DNA of 64,000 nt from Schmidtea nova (lineage: Eukaryota): NCBI GenBank assembly GCA_044892505.1, contig CM097882.1, forward strand, positions 96,038,001 through 96,102,000. Direction: 5' to 3'. A program made the position numbers and the translations under genes. The notes under the pieces were generated by a model, which saw only the letters and a list, made by a program, of their open reading frames with translations, was not told the DNA's origin and did no database searches. Below, piece after piece: positions 13,543-27,250 of the stretch (position 1 is the stretch's first letter; the number at the start of each line of letters is the position of its first letter).

Positions 13543-13599
13543 AATTAGAAGAAACTCAAAACCATGGAATAATAATAACAATAATAATAAAGAAATAAT

Positions 13600-13810
13600 A
13601 TTAATTAACTAAATTATAAACTTTATATTTTTATAAATATGTGCTGAAATAATAATAATTAATAAAATTATAAATTTTAGATTTTTTATAAATATGCGCT
13701 GAAATAATAAGAACTAATAAAATTATAAATTTTAGATTTTTTATAAATATGCGCTGAAATATTAATAACAATTAAAATTATAAATTTTAGATTTTTTTAT
13801 AAATATGCTT
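13600..13810. repeat. AT-rich minisatellite, about 60-bp unit, about 4 copies
   Basis: Repeated AAAATTATAAATTTTAGATTTTTTATAAATATG(C/T)GCTGAAAT. Confidence 0.75.
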
Positions 13811-14369
13811 TTAGAATTTCAGCTCAATTTTCAATAAATACGACTGCCAAAAAACTTGATACCAGACAATTGAATAATTATGAAAAATAAAAATTAGTAC
13901 CTTGAGGAAATTTATAAAATATATTTGAAAATAAATAATCCTTCTTCATATAACATTTTTAACCTCAGGGATGCTAATTGTTGTTTGAAAGTAATTGTAA
14001 TAGTAATTGTTGTTTGAAATTTTAATAATAGAAATTTTTGTTATTCAAAAACAAATATTATTGACAGGCAACAACCCTACTAAGGTTTCCTAGTCAAACC
14101 ACCCAAAAATAACTGAGATTGAAAATCTTAGTTGTTATCGACTATAAAATTAAATTAGAGCATACAGTAAACATAGCTAAGATCATCATTCACGCATCAC
14201 ATATCACAATCGTAACACATTTACACACAAACAAATTTTAATTTGAAAGAAGTTGTTTGATTTTAATTGAGCTTGGTAATTATAATTTTGTTATTTAATA
14301 AAAATTTAGTACGAACCAGTGTTGACTTATTTATTTATATAAGAACATTAAGTTGAGATTCTATGCGCC

Positions 14370-14825
14370 TCAACAATGGCTTTGTGCAGAAATGTATCAC
14401 ATACTCCTTCAACTTTAATAGAATTTAAAGAAGCCGAATTAATTTTACCTTATTTTGGATGCTGATGTTACTCTACAATCTAGAGTAACATCAGCACCCA
14501 ATCCCAAATTTTCACCCGATTTGTTTACAACTTAAAGAGACAGAAAAGTATAATTCAAATCTAAATATTCAGTTTGAGATCCGTTGATGTAAAATTGAAT
14601 AGATGATGTTCCAGCATCTGTAATGGAATTGGTTGGTTAAGTATCTTCAAATGCAACATGTTCAATCACTGCTCAAGCACTTACACAACTCACACCCCGA
14701 CTGTCCCAACATAAATCGGTGATTCTCTCGAGCTCTACAAATCTCTCTTTATACATACACAAACTTGCATAAACAATACTAAATCAATATCTAAAATAAC
14801 ATAATTCAGATTTTGAACTAAACAT
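14370..14825 (-). pseudogene. Major capsid protein 5' fragment, scrambled and interrupted
   Basis: MFSSKSELC start and the DAGTSSIQFYINGSQTEYLDL motif match 59056 onward. Contains local inversions and an LTR fragment. Confidence 0.85.
14674..14800. repeat. Isolated fragment of the Gypsy LTR 3' region inserted into the capsid remnant
   Basis: Near-identical to 16265-16392 and to about 19215-19340. Confidence 0.85.
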
Positions 14826-15201
14826 TTTTCAAATATTGTTCATATCCTTTCATTTTTTGTTTATAGGTTTTTTCATACTTCTTTTACGTTTAAGAATCCC
14901 GCCATTTTGTTTATTTTGAGTTTTATTTTCTTTTAACACATCAGCCATTTTCTTAATGACTTGTGGTAAATGATGAATCACATCAGGTAATGAATCTTTA
15001 ATTTCAGAAATGTCATTGATTTTAGTGCAGGTAAAATCTTTGAATTATTATTTAACACGTCATTGGCAGTTTTCATACCAAAATTTCCAATACGTCTAAG
15101 AATTAGTAATGCAAATCTACCTACTTCTTTCCTACAAAATATGGCAATTCACCACCTGTTTGGTTGTTGCTATAGAAACTGATAATATCTGGATTATTCA
15201 T
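14823..15201 (-). pseudogene. Homolog of the conserved small Maverick protein at 58652-59059, decayed
   Basis: MNNPDIISFYSNNQTGGELP start and the INKKMKGY end are recognisable; indels are present. Confidence 0.8.
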
Positions 15202-15676
15202 TTATTTTACGGAAAAGTAATATCAAGTAAGGCTTGTCTTCTTTTGCTAATTTAACTATTTTTCCACTGTCGTCACGAATATTGATTTCTATATTGTTTA
15301 TAGATGTAGAACTGACAGGTAAATACATTAAACTTTTCTCAACAATTTTTAACAAATCTCCATTTTTATGTTTTGCAACCCAATTACATTTCAATAGGGC
15401 AACTGACATGTCACCAACAAGAATTTGTTGAATAATATTCGTATAGATGAACATTTGTAGATAGAGTTGTATTATATTGTTTTATTGAATTATTACCATT
15501 GTGGTGTACTCATCAGACAGGTATAATTTTTTTTTTATAATTGAGTGTATCTGTATAGACAGTTTGGATTCCCCCTTATATTGTTCTATTTTTAGTTTAA
15601 GGTGTAGAAGGGGTCAAGAGAGGAGTTGATGATGGTTGTATTTTGCCTTGCGTGTGATATTAATAGTAATAGTGTG

Positions 15677-15759
<83 letters not shown>

Positions 15760-15957
15760 TTAAAAATTAAACAAGAATCGATTAAGCAATTTCTATAGTA
15801 AACTCGTTTACTATAGAAATTGCTAAGACAGAAATAAAATAATAAAAATTGATTAATATAAATAAAAATTATAAGCAAGATATTTTATGAAAAGATTCCA
15901 CTAAATTTTAATTACGCAGGGGAATTAAGAAAATAAGAAAACCAAACTCCCTACAAT

Positions 15958-16165
15958 TATCCAGTTGCAAATTGTCGAGACAGTCAAATAAAATATCGTC
16001 GAATCTGTGAGTAGACTTATTGAAGTTTTATCCAGTTGCGAATTGTCGAGACAGTCAAATAAAATATCCTCGAATCTGTGAGTAGACTTATTGAAGTTTT
16101 ATCCAGTTGCGAATTGTCGAGACAGTCAAATAAAATATCCTCGAATCTGTGAGTAGACTTATTGA
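15958..16165. repeat. About 70-bp tandem repeat x3 inside the 5' LTR (one copy in the 3' LTR)
   Basis: Repeated TTATCCAGTTGC(G/A)AATTGTCGAGACAGTCAAATAAAATATC.TCGAATCTGTGAGTAGACTTATTGAA. Confidence 0.9.
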
Positions 16166-16607
16166 ATATGTATATCATAATAAAATTTGTTATCAGTTAT
16201 ACTTGTTGTTAATAGTTGAAATTCTTATTCGCATTCAAACATAGGCAAGCACGCACTCACACCCACAAGCACTTACACAACACACACCCTGACTGTCCCA
16301 ACATAAATCGGTGATTCTCTCGGGCTCTACAAATCTCTCTTTATACATACACAAACTTGCATACACAATACTAAATCAATATCTAAAATAACGTAAACAC
16401 ATAACATTACAAGTGGTGTCAGAAGAAAAAAAACATTAAACAGAACACACTCTACGTTTCTTTCAAGCGCTATTTCTTTTAGCAATTTTGTATAGAGGTA
16501 GAAAGAATAGCGTCTTTGTTGGCTGAACACAGTAAGCCATATCCTTAAAAAAGCTCATTTTTTACAAAATACAGAGCAAGAAAAATACAAAAAAACAAAA
16601 ATTTATA

Positions 16608-18822
16608 GTGCATAAAAAAACAAAGATAATGACTAGACCCATCCCAAACTTCTTTATGAACGAAAATGGCTCTATACAAGCATGGTTAAAACTAACCAAA
16701 TTTACATTATCTTTGAGCGGTATAACCACACCAATACTAATATGCTCGCAAATATTAACGACACTCCCAAGCAATATACGCAAAACATTTGCCGATCAAA
16801 TAGACAAGATCTTCAATAGCAACAACTTATTTGAAAAGCTGTGCAGCATAATAGCAAATATTAATATATCAAATAAAAAACAAACACTAGAATCCTTCCC
16901 TAAAATAACTTGCAAATAAATGATACCTAAATTAATTTCACAAAAACAGAATTTGGAGTACGTCGAAGCAAAAATAGCAAACTTTGACTCAAACGAGCAA
17001 AGAATAGAGCAAAAGTTAGCATCTGAAAGTAAAATGTTGACCGACATTATCGATAAAATAAATGCAGGAACTTACCATAGTAAAAACAGTACTCTTGACA
17101 ACAAAAATAAAACATCCAACCATGAACAAAATGAGGAGGAAAATGAAAGAACAAAATTTAGCGAAACAAATAAAATTCTTAGTATTTTAATAAGTCAACT
17201 TTACAAAATAGCAACGGAAAACAAAAGGTTCAAATTAGAACTGAATGAAATTAAAGAAAATAACTTATAACAAAATTGTGGTCCAAATCAAACAGCGTAT
17301 AGGCTCAATAGGATAAAGCCAAACTCAGGAAATCAACACCAAAACTTTTACAACAATAAAAACAAAGAAACTGGAAATAAACAAAAATTCTGGAAACCAG
17401 AAATCAGATTATCAAACCAAGAATAATGTTACTTCCATAACAAATTTCGAGAAAAGGCATTCAAATGCACAAAACCATGCAGATATAACGAAAACAACTC
17501 AGAAAAATTGAAAAGTTTGCCATTAGTTGCTCCTACTTTCGACGAAACAAACACAGAAAAACTGGAAAAATTGCCAGTAGTCGCACCCACATTTGGTGAC
17601 AAAACAATACATTTATGGTGCACTCAAATAACACAGAATTCCTAATTGACACAGGTTCTGTGATCTCCTTATTACCCCCATTACCTGCACAAAAACTCAA
17701 AAAACGCAGAAAAACATTTAACTGCAGCCAATGACACAAAAATAAAAACATTTGGCAAACACACCTTAACTCTAACAATTAATTCAAAGAAATACAGCTG
17801 GACATTCATAATCGCTGATGTTCAACAGTCCATAATAGGAGCTGACTTTCTGGCACACTACAACCTCACAGTAGACTGCCGAAATAAAACACTAATGGAA
17901 AACACAAACACGAACAGAGAAACCTTTAAAACCATGGCGACAACCGATTCAAAAGTTGACATTGGTGTTATCCGAATGGGTCCAACTAACAATAAATCAA
18001 AACAAAAACTGAATCATGGCCCAGAAATAAATACTCTATTGGAAAAATTCGAAAAACACATCGAACCATTAACCTTCGACAAAAACGCGAATCACTCAAC
18101 CGAACATGCAATTATAACAAACGGAAACCCAGTGCATGCAAAGGTGAGACAACTAGATCCACAAAAAAGAAAAATTACAAACGAAATTTTCAGAGTTACT
18201 AGAAAACAAAATAGTAACTCACTCGAACTCAGAATGGTCCTCTGCGCTCATGCTAAAACAAAAGGCAAACGGAGAATGGAGAGTCTGTGGTGACTACTGA
18301 ATGCTCAACAAAATCACAGAACAGACAACTACCCACTGCCTATCATCAGGGACATAATAAACAGACTAAAAGGAGCAAGACTTTTCTCGGAAATAAATTT
18401 ACAAAAGGCTTATCACCAAATACCCATCAGGAACGAAGACATTAAAAAACACCAATCGTAACACCAATCGGCATGTTTCAATACAACAGAATGCCATTTG
18501 GTTTGCGAAATGCAGCCGTAACAATTCAACTCTTTATGGACAAGACTCTGAAAAACAATCAGAACACCATAGCATATCTGGACGACATACTCACAGCAAG
18601 TCAAAACAAAAAACTCATTTAAAAGACATAGAAATGGTGTTTGAAACGCTGAACTCAGCAAATCTCAAAAAACATTCAAAAATGTGAATTTTTGAAAAAA
18701 GAAATAAATTTTCTTGGACACACACTGGATGAAAAAGGCACAAAGTCAATAGACAAGAAAATAAGCACAATACAAGAGTTTAAACTGCCAAACACAAACA
18801 GAGAGCTAAGACGATTTTTGGG
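16608..18822 (+). pseudogene. Gypsy gag-pol remnant (gag-like, aspartic protease, reverse transcriptase; RNase H and integrase deleted)
   Basis: FLIDTGSVISLLP (protease, about 17640); GEWRVCGDY, DNYPLP, AYHQIP, MPFGLRNA, YLDDIL (RT). Ends at ELRRFLG. Many frameshifts. Confidence 0.92.
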
Positions 18823-19361
18823 TTAGGCAGAAATAAAATAAAAATTGATTAATATAAAAAAAATTATAAGCAAGATATTTTATGAAAAGATTCCACTAAA
18901 TTTTAATTAGGGTTAGGCAGAAATAAAATAAAAATTAATTAATATAAATAAAAATTATAAGCAAGATATTTTATGAAAAGATTCCACTAAATTTTAATTA
19001 CGCAGGGGAATTAAGAAAATAAGAAAACCAAACTCCCTACAATTATCCAGTTGCGAATTGTCGAGACAGTTAAATAAAATATCCTCGAATCTGTGAGTAG
19101 ATTTATTGAAGTTTTATATCATAATAAAATTTGTTATCAGTTATTCTTGTTGTTGTTAATAGTTGAAATTGTTATTCAGCATTCAAACATAGGCAAGCAC
19201 GCACTCACACCCATAAGCACTTACACAACACACACCCCGACTGTCCCAACATAAATCGGTGACTCTCTCGGGCTCTATAAATCTCTCTTTATACATACAC
19301 AAACTTACATAAACAATACTAAATCAATATCTAAAACAACGTAAACACATAACATTACAAC

Positions 19362-22268
19362 TAGGGATTGCATATTCGAAATTCGAGAATTCGAGAATTC
19401 CGGAATTCGTTTTCATAAATAGTTTCAAATTTCGAAAAGTTCCCAGCGAATTCCGAATTTAAAATTTATTTTTTTGTGCTATCTCCAACTTGTAAATTGT
19501 GTTTTAGTTCTGTACATATTAATATTCTACATTCTATAAGAAGACATAAAGAAGACAATGCAAAATTACAGTTATTCTACATAATACAAGTAGGCATAGA
19601 GAAAACATTTCTAAATTGCAGCTAAACATTTAAACGATTTCATTTCTTCATTTCATATCCATATGTAATAATAATAAATGTAATGTAGCATAAAATTTCA
19701 CACAACATTTTATATTTCGTATAACTTCGTGTTCGTGTCTTATATTTACGATTTGCAATAGTGTTGAGATTTGTTTAATCGAGTATAGTGTATATTGAAA
19801 TATTTGGACATTGATTTCTGTACAATCATCAATATTTTTTAAATAGGTAAGTAAACAATAGCAGTTTTAATTTAATAACATTGGCAGTTTTAATTTAATA
19901 ATTAAATTATTTTTATTAGAATATCCCAAAATGTCATCAAAAGAAATTTATTCGGAATACACAAAGCAATATAAAAATCAAAATTCTGTTTGGATTCATT
20001 TTTTGAGAGGATCAAAAAAACTAACAGCAAAATGTAAAATATGTAATGAAATAGTAACAACTTCTGGTTCAACGACAACACCGCAGCACACGCATTTAAG
20101 AACAATACATAATATTAATGTATTAAAACGTGATTTCGTGCAAGATAAAGTTCCAGAAAGCAACTCATCAAAAATGATGATTACAAATTACTTTGTCAAC
20201 AAAAAAGATGAACAACTTTCTGCAATTGTATCACAAATGTGTGTGCCTTGGATAATATGCCATTCAAAATTTTTTGTACGTCTATCGATTTGAGAAATTT
20301 ATTTTTGGCTAGAGGCGCTCGAGATTATGTACTACCAAAATCACCTAACTCAATTCGCAAAATGGTTTAAGAATGCGCACAAAAAATGCGTGCTAAAATG
20401 ATGCAGGATTTAATTAATTTCAAAGAAGATGGAACACGATTTTGCTAAAATATAGATGAATGGACATCATCAAGAAACCGATGTTATTTAAATGTGAATG
20501 TCCATGGCAAGAAACAGTTTTGGAATTTAGGTTTAGTTCGTGTTGAAGGACGTTTCCCTGCAGAGAAATGCATTACGGCCCTGAAAACCACATTACAAGA
20601 CAACAATCTAAATATCGATAAAGATATTACGTTCATAACAATTGATGGGGCAGCTGTCATGCAAAAAGTTGGGCGGCTTTTACTATGTAATCAACAGTTG
20701 TGCTTTGCACACGCGATACATTTAGCTGTAGTTAATGTTCTGTGTAATAATTCGAATACAACTGATGAATTGGTGGCTCATACAGATACAGAAAATGTTA
20801 GTGTAGAAGAACAAGGAAGTGACTTCGAGAAATCAGAGGATGAGGAATACATTGATGATGAAAGTGTTGGCTTGATTGAACAAATTTATATTGAAGCTGA
20901 GCATGTTGAGACTGAAGAATTTGGATTTGGTTTTCTCATCAAAAAAGTTCGTTCGATTGTAAAGAAATTTCGTTTTTCGAGAACATCGAATGATATTCTT
21001 CAAATATACGTGAAACAAGAATTTGGAAAAGAGTTGAAACTTATTATGGACACTAGAACTAGATGGAATAGCTTAGTCGAAATGCTTGAAAGATTTAACC
21101 AACTAAAAAGCTGTGTTAGAAAGGCATTGATTGACATTGCGTCTGATATCGTTATTCTAGATGCTGAAATTTTCTCGATTAACAACATGATCTCGGCACT
21201 TCTCCCAGTGAAGCTTACTGTTGACGCCCTTTGTCGAGAAGATGCAAATCTGCTTTCTGCTGATGCGGCATTGTCTTTTATGCTTGAGAATTTTGGATCT
21301 GATGAACTTTCACTAAAATTGAAGAACGAATTAGAAAACCCAAAAACCCAAAGGCGAACAAATGTGTCTGGAACTCTTCAGTATTTACACAATGGCGAAT
21401 CTTTCACTAGACCATTGAAAAATACAATAGCCAAAGTTATTGAAAGCTTTGCACAAAGATTAATATTTAACACTAACATGGAAACTTCCTCAGGCGAGCA
21501 GGTAGAAGCTGAAGATGTGGAAGAAGTGATGTCGGAAGAACAAACCAATCCCCAGTCGTTAATGCAAAAGTTGCAGAACAAAATTCAATTGAATTTATCG
21601 TCTAACATACCTTCCAGCAAAACTCAACAAACAACAAATCGGAGCTTAATTTCACAAATTAAATCTGAAATGAAATTCTTTGAAGAAAACGGCGTTCGTG
21701 GCAAAATATTAGAGTCTGTCTACTCATTTTTTATTTTGATTCCGCCATCGAGCGTGGAGTCCGAGCGAGCCTTCTCAATTGCAGGTAACTTTTGTACAAA
21801 AGTTCGATCGAGACTCGGAGACACATCTTTAAGTGATCTCTGCTTCCTTAAAGCATATTTTAGGCAAACACAAGAATAATTTTATATTTTTTATTGTTAA
21901 ATGATATGCCATATTAGAATGTTTCTGTACTAATTGAATTTTTGTACAATAATTTTATGTTTATATAACATTTTAAATAATATATTTTTACCTATTATTA
22001 TATTGTTATGTAATAATTGAATTTATGTACAATACATTTATGTTTATATTTCATTTTGAATGATATAATTTTATGTTCCATTTTTTATTTTAAAAAAAGT
22101 AATATTATGCAATAAATAACAATAAATTATCTCAAATAAGTTATTTTTATTATTTGTATAAACTTTAAAAAATTAACAATATTTCGGAATTCGATCGAAT
22201 TCCGAAATATTTAACTTGCGAATTTCGAATTCCGATTTTTTTATTTTCCTCGACATTTGCAATCCCTA
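19362..22268 (+). mobile_element. hAT DNA transposon, full length
   Basis: 11-bp TIR TAGGGATTGCA/TGCAATCCCTA; perfect 8-bp TSD ATTACAAC (19354-19361 and 22269-22276); TTCGAA/AATTCG subterminal repeats. Confidence 0.95.
19931..21879 (+). pseudogene. hAT transposase with a BED zinc finger, frame-disrupted
   Basis: VWIHF..AKCKIC..HLRTIH (BED); IDEWTS, TIDGAAVM, CFAHAIHL, TRWNS; PPSSVESERAFS (hAT dimerisation domain). Frameshift and stops at about 20230-20490. Confidence 0.92.
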
Positions 22269-22968
22269 ATTACAACCATCAATAGTTTTGTCTGTAAATT
22301 CTTGATCTACTAATCCTAATGAATTGGCCAAATTTCTACTAAATTTAACACTAGTTATATCATTTTCAAGAATTTATTTAATTAAGTTTCCTTCTTTAAT
22401 ATCAATCAATTTAAATGGATGTGGATAAAACTCTCGATTTTATCCGATAATTGAGTAAGATCATTTATTAACAAATCTTCTTAGAATTTATCAGTATATC
22501 CCACCGAGAAATTTTAAGTTATAGTAAATCGTATAGTATCAACAAATTTTTTTATTATCATCGGCAGAAATTATAATTTTATTATAATTTTCATTAAATT
22601 TCAGTTTTTTCTTTAAATCGTACTTTTTGAGCTTGTTCAATACTTGTTCAATATTTACAATTTACATTTAAAATATTGCTGTCAATATACAAAAATAATA
22701 CCGAGAATCGTGACTAATTTCATATTCATTCTTTTATTGGTTAAAATTGAAATATTCATAACTAGAATCAAATTCACTTTTAGTAATTTTTATACTTGAA
22801 CTATTATAAAGTGGAAATTTATTGTACACAAAGTAAAATCTATAAGAGCAACTTCCCAACTACCATCCAAATAAATCGGGTTTTGATAATCCACATCAAA
22901 TTTTTCAGCTTTATTGTTGAAATGTGTCAATAGGCAAGAATTACTTGGTAAATTAACATAAAAATCTT

Positions 22969-23188
22969 TTATTCATTTATTTTACGAAAATGTAGAGTCA
23001 AATGAGTCTTTGTATCTTTTGAAAATTTAAATAATTTTCCACTGTCATCACGAATATTGATTTCACTGTTGTTCTTAGTTGATGTTGAAATCGGCAAATA
23101 CATTGGATTCTTTATTTCAATTTGTACAACATCACCTTGATCATATTTCTTGATCCAAATTGATTTTAGGAGAACTTGTACATCGCCA
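22969..23188 (-). pseudogene. 3' fragment of minor capsid 1 of remnant C
   Basis: GDVQVLLKSIWIKKYDQGDVVQIEIKNPMYLPIS...TLHFRKINE is nearly identical to the end of 56607-57644. Confidence 0.88.
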
Positions 23189-24411
23189 AGCCAGTGGGAA
23201 ACCCGAGCCAATGGAGAACCAGAGAGATGAATAAAAACCAGAGCTCAGTAAACAAGAAAAATAAAGAAATTGGATTTCAGAAGGTCATTATCTCGACAGT
23301 AAGATTATTGGGCATAAACTGCAATTGGTTGTTATCAAGGAGCAACATATGAACGAAATAAATCACTATTATTGTTCAAATAATATTTGAGAAACCGATT
23401 GTCCAAGCAATGTCAGACTAAGACAATTTGGCCAAAAACTAATTAATCAAAATAATAATTCTAGTATATAAGGAATCTCGAAATTGAGAAAAATCGGCAT
23501 TTTCGCCTCAGTTAGAGAAGAAACTGAACTTAGGAAAAAGGAGTTACAGTCAGAAAAAAAGAAAAGTGTAGGGAAACGGTCAATTAAAAAATTAGAGAAA
23601 ATAGTAGAGAAAGTGAAAAAGAGTTGAATCAAGAGAAAACCAAACTATTAAAGAAAAAGTTCAATTAAGAGGAAACTAGTATACAAGGTAATTATTTTGT
23701 AAAACGTACAAGGTCAAGATATCCTACAGCGGAGCTCGATCGAATAATTAAAACGTTTTGTCATTGTTGTAAATCAGTGGATTATAAAAAAGTTGTATTA
23801 ATTTAAAACAAATATACGTTGAGAATGTTAGTAGTTATTGATTTATAGAAAACGGCGAGTCAGAGATACCATCGATTAGTATTTGAAACAATTAAACCCA
23901 ACATATATTCATTTGTTATACGTCCTATGTTCGTTCTTATAAAACTGTATAACTATTATATCCAAACAAAATTTTAACAATTCTTCTTTTGTTAGAGAAA
24001 GATTTAACTATTTTTGGATTGCTAAGTTATTCAGTATTACATTTTATAGAAAATTTTCTAAGAAATAATGAGCTATAAGTGTATTATGAAAATATTGAAA
24101 GTATCACTTGTTTTTATATTAATTTTTAAAATTTTTAATCATTTTCTTTAATTTGAAAAAAAAATAAAATGCATTCTATAAATATTTATATGATTAATTA
24201 AAATTAAAGTATCATTGAATATGAGTAACAAAAAACGCTTTTGAATATTATTATAATGTCATTAAAATAATGATAATATTTTTGTAATATATAATGATAA
24301 ATTTAAAATGATTTGTACTTAATTATTGATGTAATTTAAAGAAACTTCTTTCTAATAATACTATGTTATTAAAATATTTTTAATATATTTATTGATAAAT
24401 TAAATATTTAA

Positions 24412-25003
24412 CCCTTTCAATACGATTTTTTATTTTAATAAATCTTGTAGTATTTATAGCAAAAAATATTTATTGCTAATTTAGTTTGACGGGAAAAACA
24501 AATATTTAAATAAATGATCATATTATTTATTGATTATTGCAAAATAATAATTGGGACATATTGTCCCAATAGTATTGGTGAGTGGGTCATATGTGTCCCA
24601 ACAGTATTTTATGATAGTAAAATAGTGGAGCATATAAAATATGTTGCACTAAAAAGAAACAAAAGAAAAGAAAAAACATCATTGTAATTCAACATTTCTT
24701 TTTTATTGCATGTATACAAGGTAATCAAGAATGATACTTAGCAAAACAATCATTGCAGAGCGCTACTGTGCACATTTGGCAAGTGATTTTTTATGGATTT
24801 TATAGAAAAGAAAAAAAGCAGACAGCAAACAGCAACAAAGCAGACAGCAAACAGCAACAAAGCAGACAGGTTTGGACTTGTTTACGAGCCTATGATCGTA
24901 CAGTACTAAAATTCCAGATCCCAATGCATTTGTAATCATTTAAATTATTTTAGTAATTTTTAGAAATTCTCTGGGACAATATGTCCTTACAGTATTGAAA
25001 TGG
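24412..25003. mobile_element. Possible piggyBac-type MITE
   Basis: TTAA|CCCTTTCAATAC left end; degenerate GTATTGAAATGG right end; GGGACA.....GTCC(C) palindromes at about 24552-24600 and 24973-24987. No right TTAA. Confidence 0.45.
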
Positions 25004-27132
25004 TATTGAAATTACTGTTTAAACAATAATCACAACAATAATTGTCACAAAATCATGCAAGCATATTATCAGAAAACAAATTACTTTTTATGCACATATT
25101 GCGAAACATTAAGTACCAACCTTTATCTTACTCTTTATAATATACATAAGACATACTTAAATCAATTTATTTTGCGTAAGGATAAACTTTTCAAAAGAAA
25201 AATTTATTCTTGCTTAATTCAAAATAAAAAAACTCCGAATAGAAAAATGAATCATAGAATATTTTTCAGAGGTTATCGAAATATTAGTCTCTAAGACGAG
25301 CAACAAACAAATATAATAGATTTGGAGGAAGAATATCCGATTCAAGAAGAGGAACCTAACCCAAACGGAAGTTCAAAGCGTGGAGAAAAAAGAAGTGAGA
25401 GTTTGAGACGTCGAGAAGGAATTGAAAGTTCGAAACAAGAAGAAATAAATATAATGAATAGGTCTTTTGTAATAGTCGAAGAACTAAATTTCAATGATCA
25501 ATTTGAAATTAGCTCAAACATTGAAAGCGAAAGTACTGATTATGGAGACCAGTACTCACTAGTTGAAAGAAACAATTTTTCAATTTTACAAAAATGAGCT
25601 GGAATAATTAAAGAACCAGAGATTGTATGTGATTTATACAAATCACATAGAATTATTACATTAGACAGTTCCTTTTACGATATACAGGAAATTGTCATTC
25701 CACTGACATTATTGAAAAAATAAAATACATATTATGGTACCACAGCAGAATGTTACTGAATGGTAACCAAATAATTGTAGGTTTTACCAACAGTTTCCCG
25801 TTGCAAGCAACGTTGGTGTTGTAAGTAATGAGCGAAAATACTAGCAAATCGTGAGTTCTGCTACCAGAACTATAATTTCTCGAGTACTTTCTCTGGGTTC
25901 ACGAGCTATTGATAGAAGATTTATACTCGATTCGGTGTTCGGTCCTTTTCATTCCTAATGTTTCAACCCTTACTAAATTTTATTGTATTTATAAACGGTT
26001 TTATTATTACCTTTCTCCGAGAGAAATATAAAAATGTACAATTATTGTAATGCCGATTAAATCATTATCGTATTATTACGATTTCATTAACCCTTCATTT
26101 TTAATATTTATATATTTTACCTATGTTTATTGTGAAATCCCTAAAGGTGGAACACTTTCAGCTCCCAAGATAATTTTAGGATGGAAGACAATGAAAATTT
26201 CAGAATACCTGGAATTTGTAGGATCATAGAAAATTAATCTTATAGTTCAAAGCGTTGTTTTATTCTGAAAAAGAAAAGAAAATAAGCAATTTGATGTATA
26301 GATTCAATCAACTCACCATACTTATTGATCGATTCACGGCCTACTCGGAATTCAGATGATCTTGGATATTTAAGAATCACTGAACCGATAAGACAAATTT
26401 TGATATATTTATTGATGTTTATTTGTCACTTTATAGATGAATTCGTTGCCTTCGACACAGAACTCATTATTTTCATACTTCTTGGAACATTTATCATCTG
26501 CGCAAAGTAAGAGGCCTAACTTTGGAGTCGTTTTGACAGCATAGGGTCGGACAGTTTAAGAGAATCCACTCCCAACACGTTCTCACACTAACTGCCTGCA
26601 CTGCAACAAGTTGGGAATACCACAGCGAGTTAGTAGTTCGGACAGTCAAGAAACAAAAGGTTTAAAAGAAATGTTCATTTTTATTCATGAAATTCGAATT
26701 TTTTACAAATCGACAATTCATTGATCGGATTTATTTCTACCATACCTAAATAATACAGGGACATCCAGCATAACTGGTGTCGGAACAAAAATGTTTCTAG
26801 GTCGAGCAAAGCGTCTAGATGAACATACTAAAGGATGTCCAAACTAGAGCCATCTCTTCCAACTAAAATTAAAAGAAATTTTTGGCAGCGAGGTGCCTAA
26901 CCTTTTCCTATTTTTCTTCTAGGGGGTGCTTGAAAAGTGTTTTTGAAAAAGTGTTTTTTTGAAAAATGAATTTTAACTGTGTTGTGTGGTTAGGAATAGA
27001 CCTTGTGTTATGTTAGCTTGATCAAAGTTTTGAAATAGGGAATAATACTATTACTAAAAAAAGAAATATAATATTTAAATTATTAAAAATATAATATTTT
27101 AAAAATAATAAAAATAAAAATATATTATAATA

Positions 27133-27250
27133 GTCATGAAAATAGTGATGGATACAGTTGTTAATTACACAAACTATCGACAGTTTCTGGAGCTATTGAA
27201 AGAAATTTACGAGACTGAATTTAATGATCTGTCCTTTTTTACAAATGTAA
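27133..27250 (+). pseudogene. Short Buster/SPIN-type hAT transposase fragment
   Basis: VMKIVMDTVVNYTNYRQFLELLKEIYETEFNDLSFFTNVK resembles the HRQF..L.E...DL...T.VRW segment of that family. Confidence 0.45.

Larger units (their letters stand above)
15500..19359 (+). mobile_element. Ty3/Gypsy LTR retrotransposon, internally deleted
   Basis: 5' LTR TGT..ACA 15500-16411; PBS TGGTGTCAGAAG at 16414; 3' LTR about 18820-19359, missing its 5' part. 5-bp TSD ACCAT at 15495-15499, reconstituted on the right after removing the hAT insertion. Confidence 0.92.
15194..22976 (-). pseudogene. Minor capsid (penton) 2 of remnant C, split by the Gypsy and hAT insertion (coding parts 22976-22277 and 15499-15194)
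   Basis: Both parts match 57637-58659 (FYVNLPSNSC, WEVAL, QQMFIYTNIIQ, IEINIRDDSGK). The sequence rejoins across the ACCAT duplication. Confidence 0.88.
14370..23188 (-). mobile_element. Maverick remnant C (3' end of minor capsid 1, minor capsid 2, conserved small protein, 5' end of major capsid), interrupted by Gypsy and hAT insertions
   Basis: Segments 14370-15499 and 22277-23188 are colinear with, and visibly similar to, 57420-59410 of element B on the opposite strand, with the same gene order and overlaps. Confidence 0.9.

Noticed and set aside
15660-15878. Poly-Leu ORF
   Set aside because: Translation of an (AAT)n microsatellite inside the LTR.
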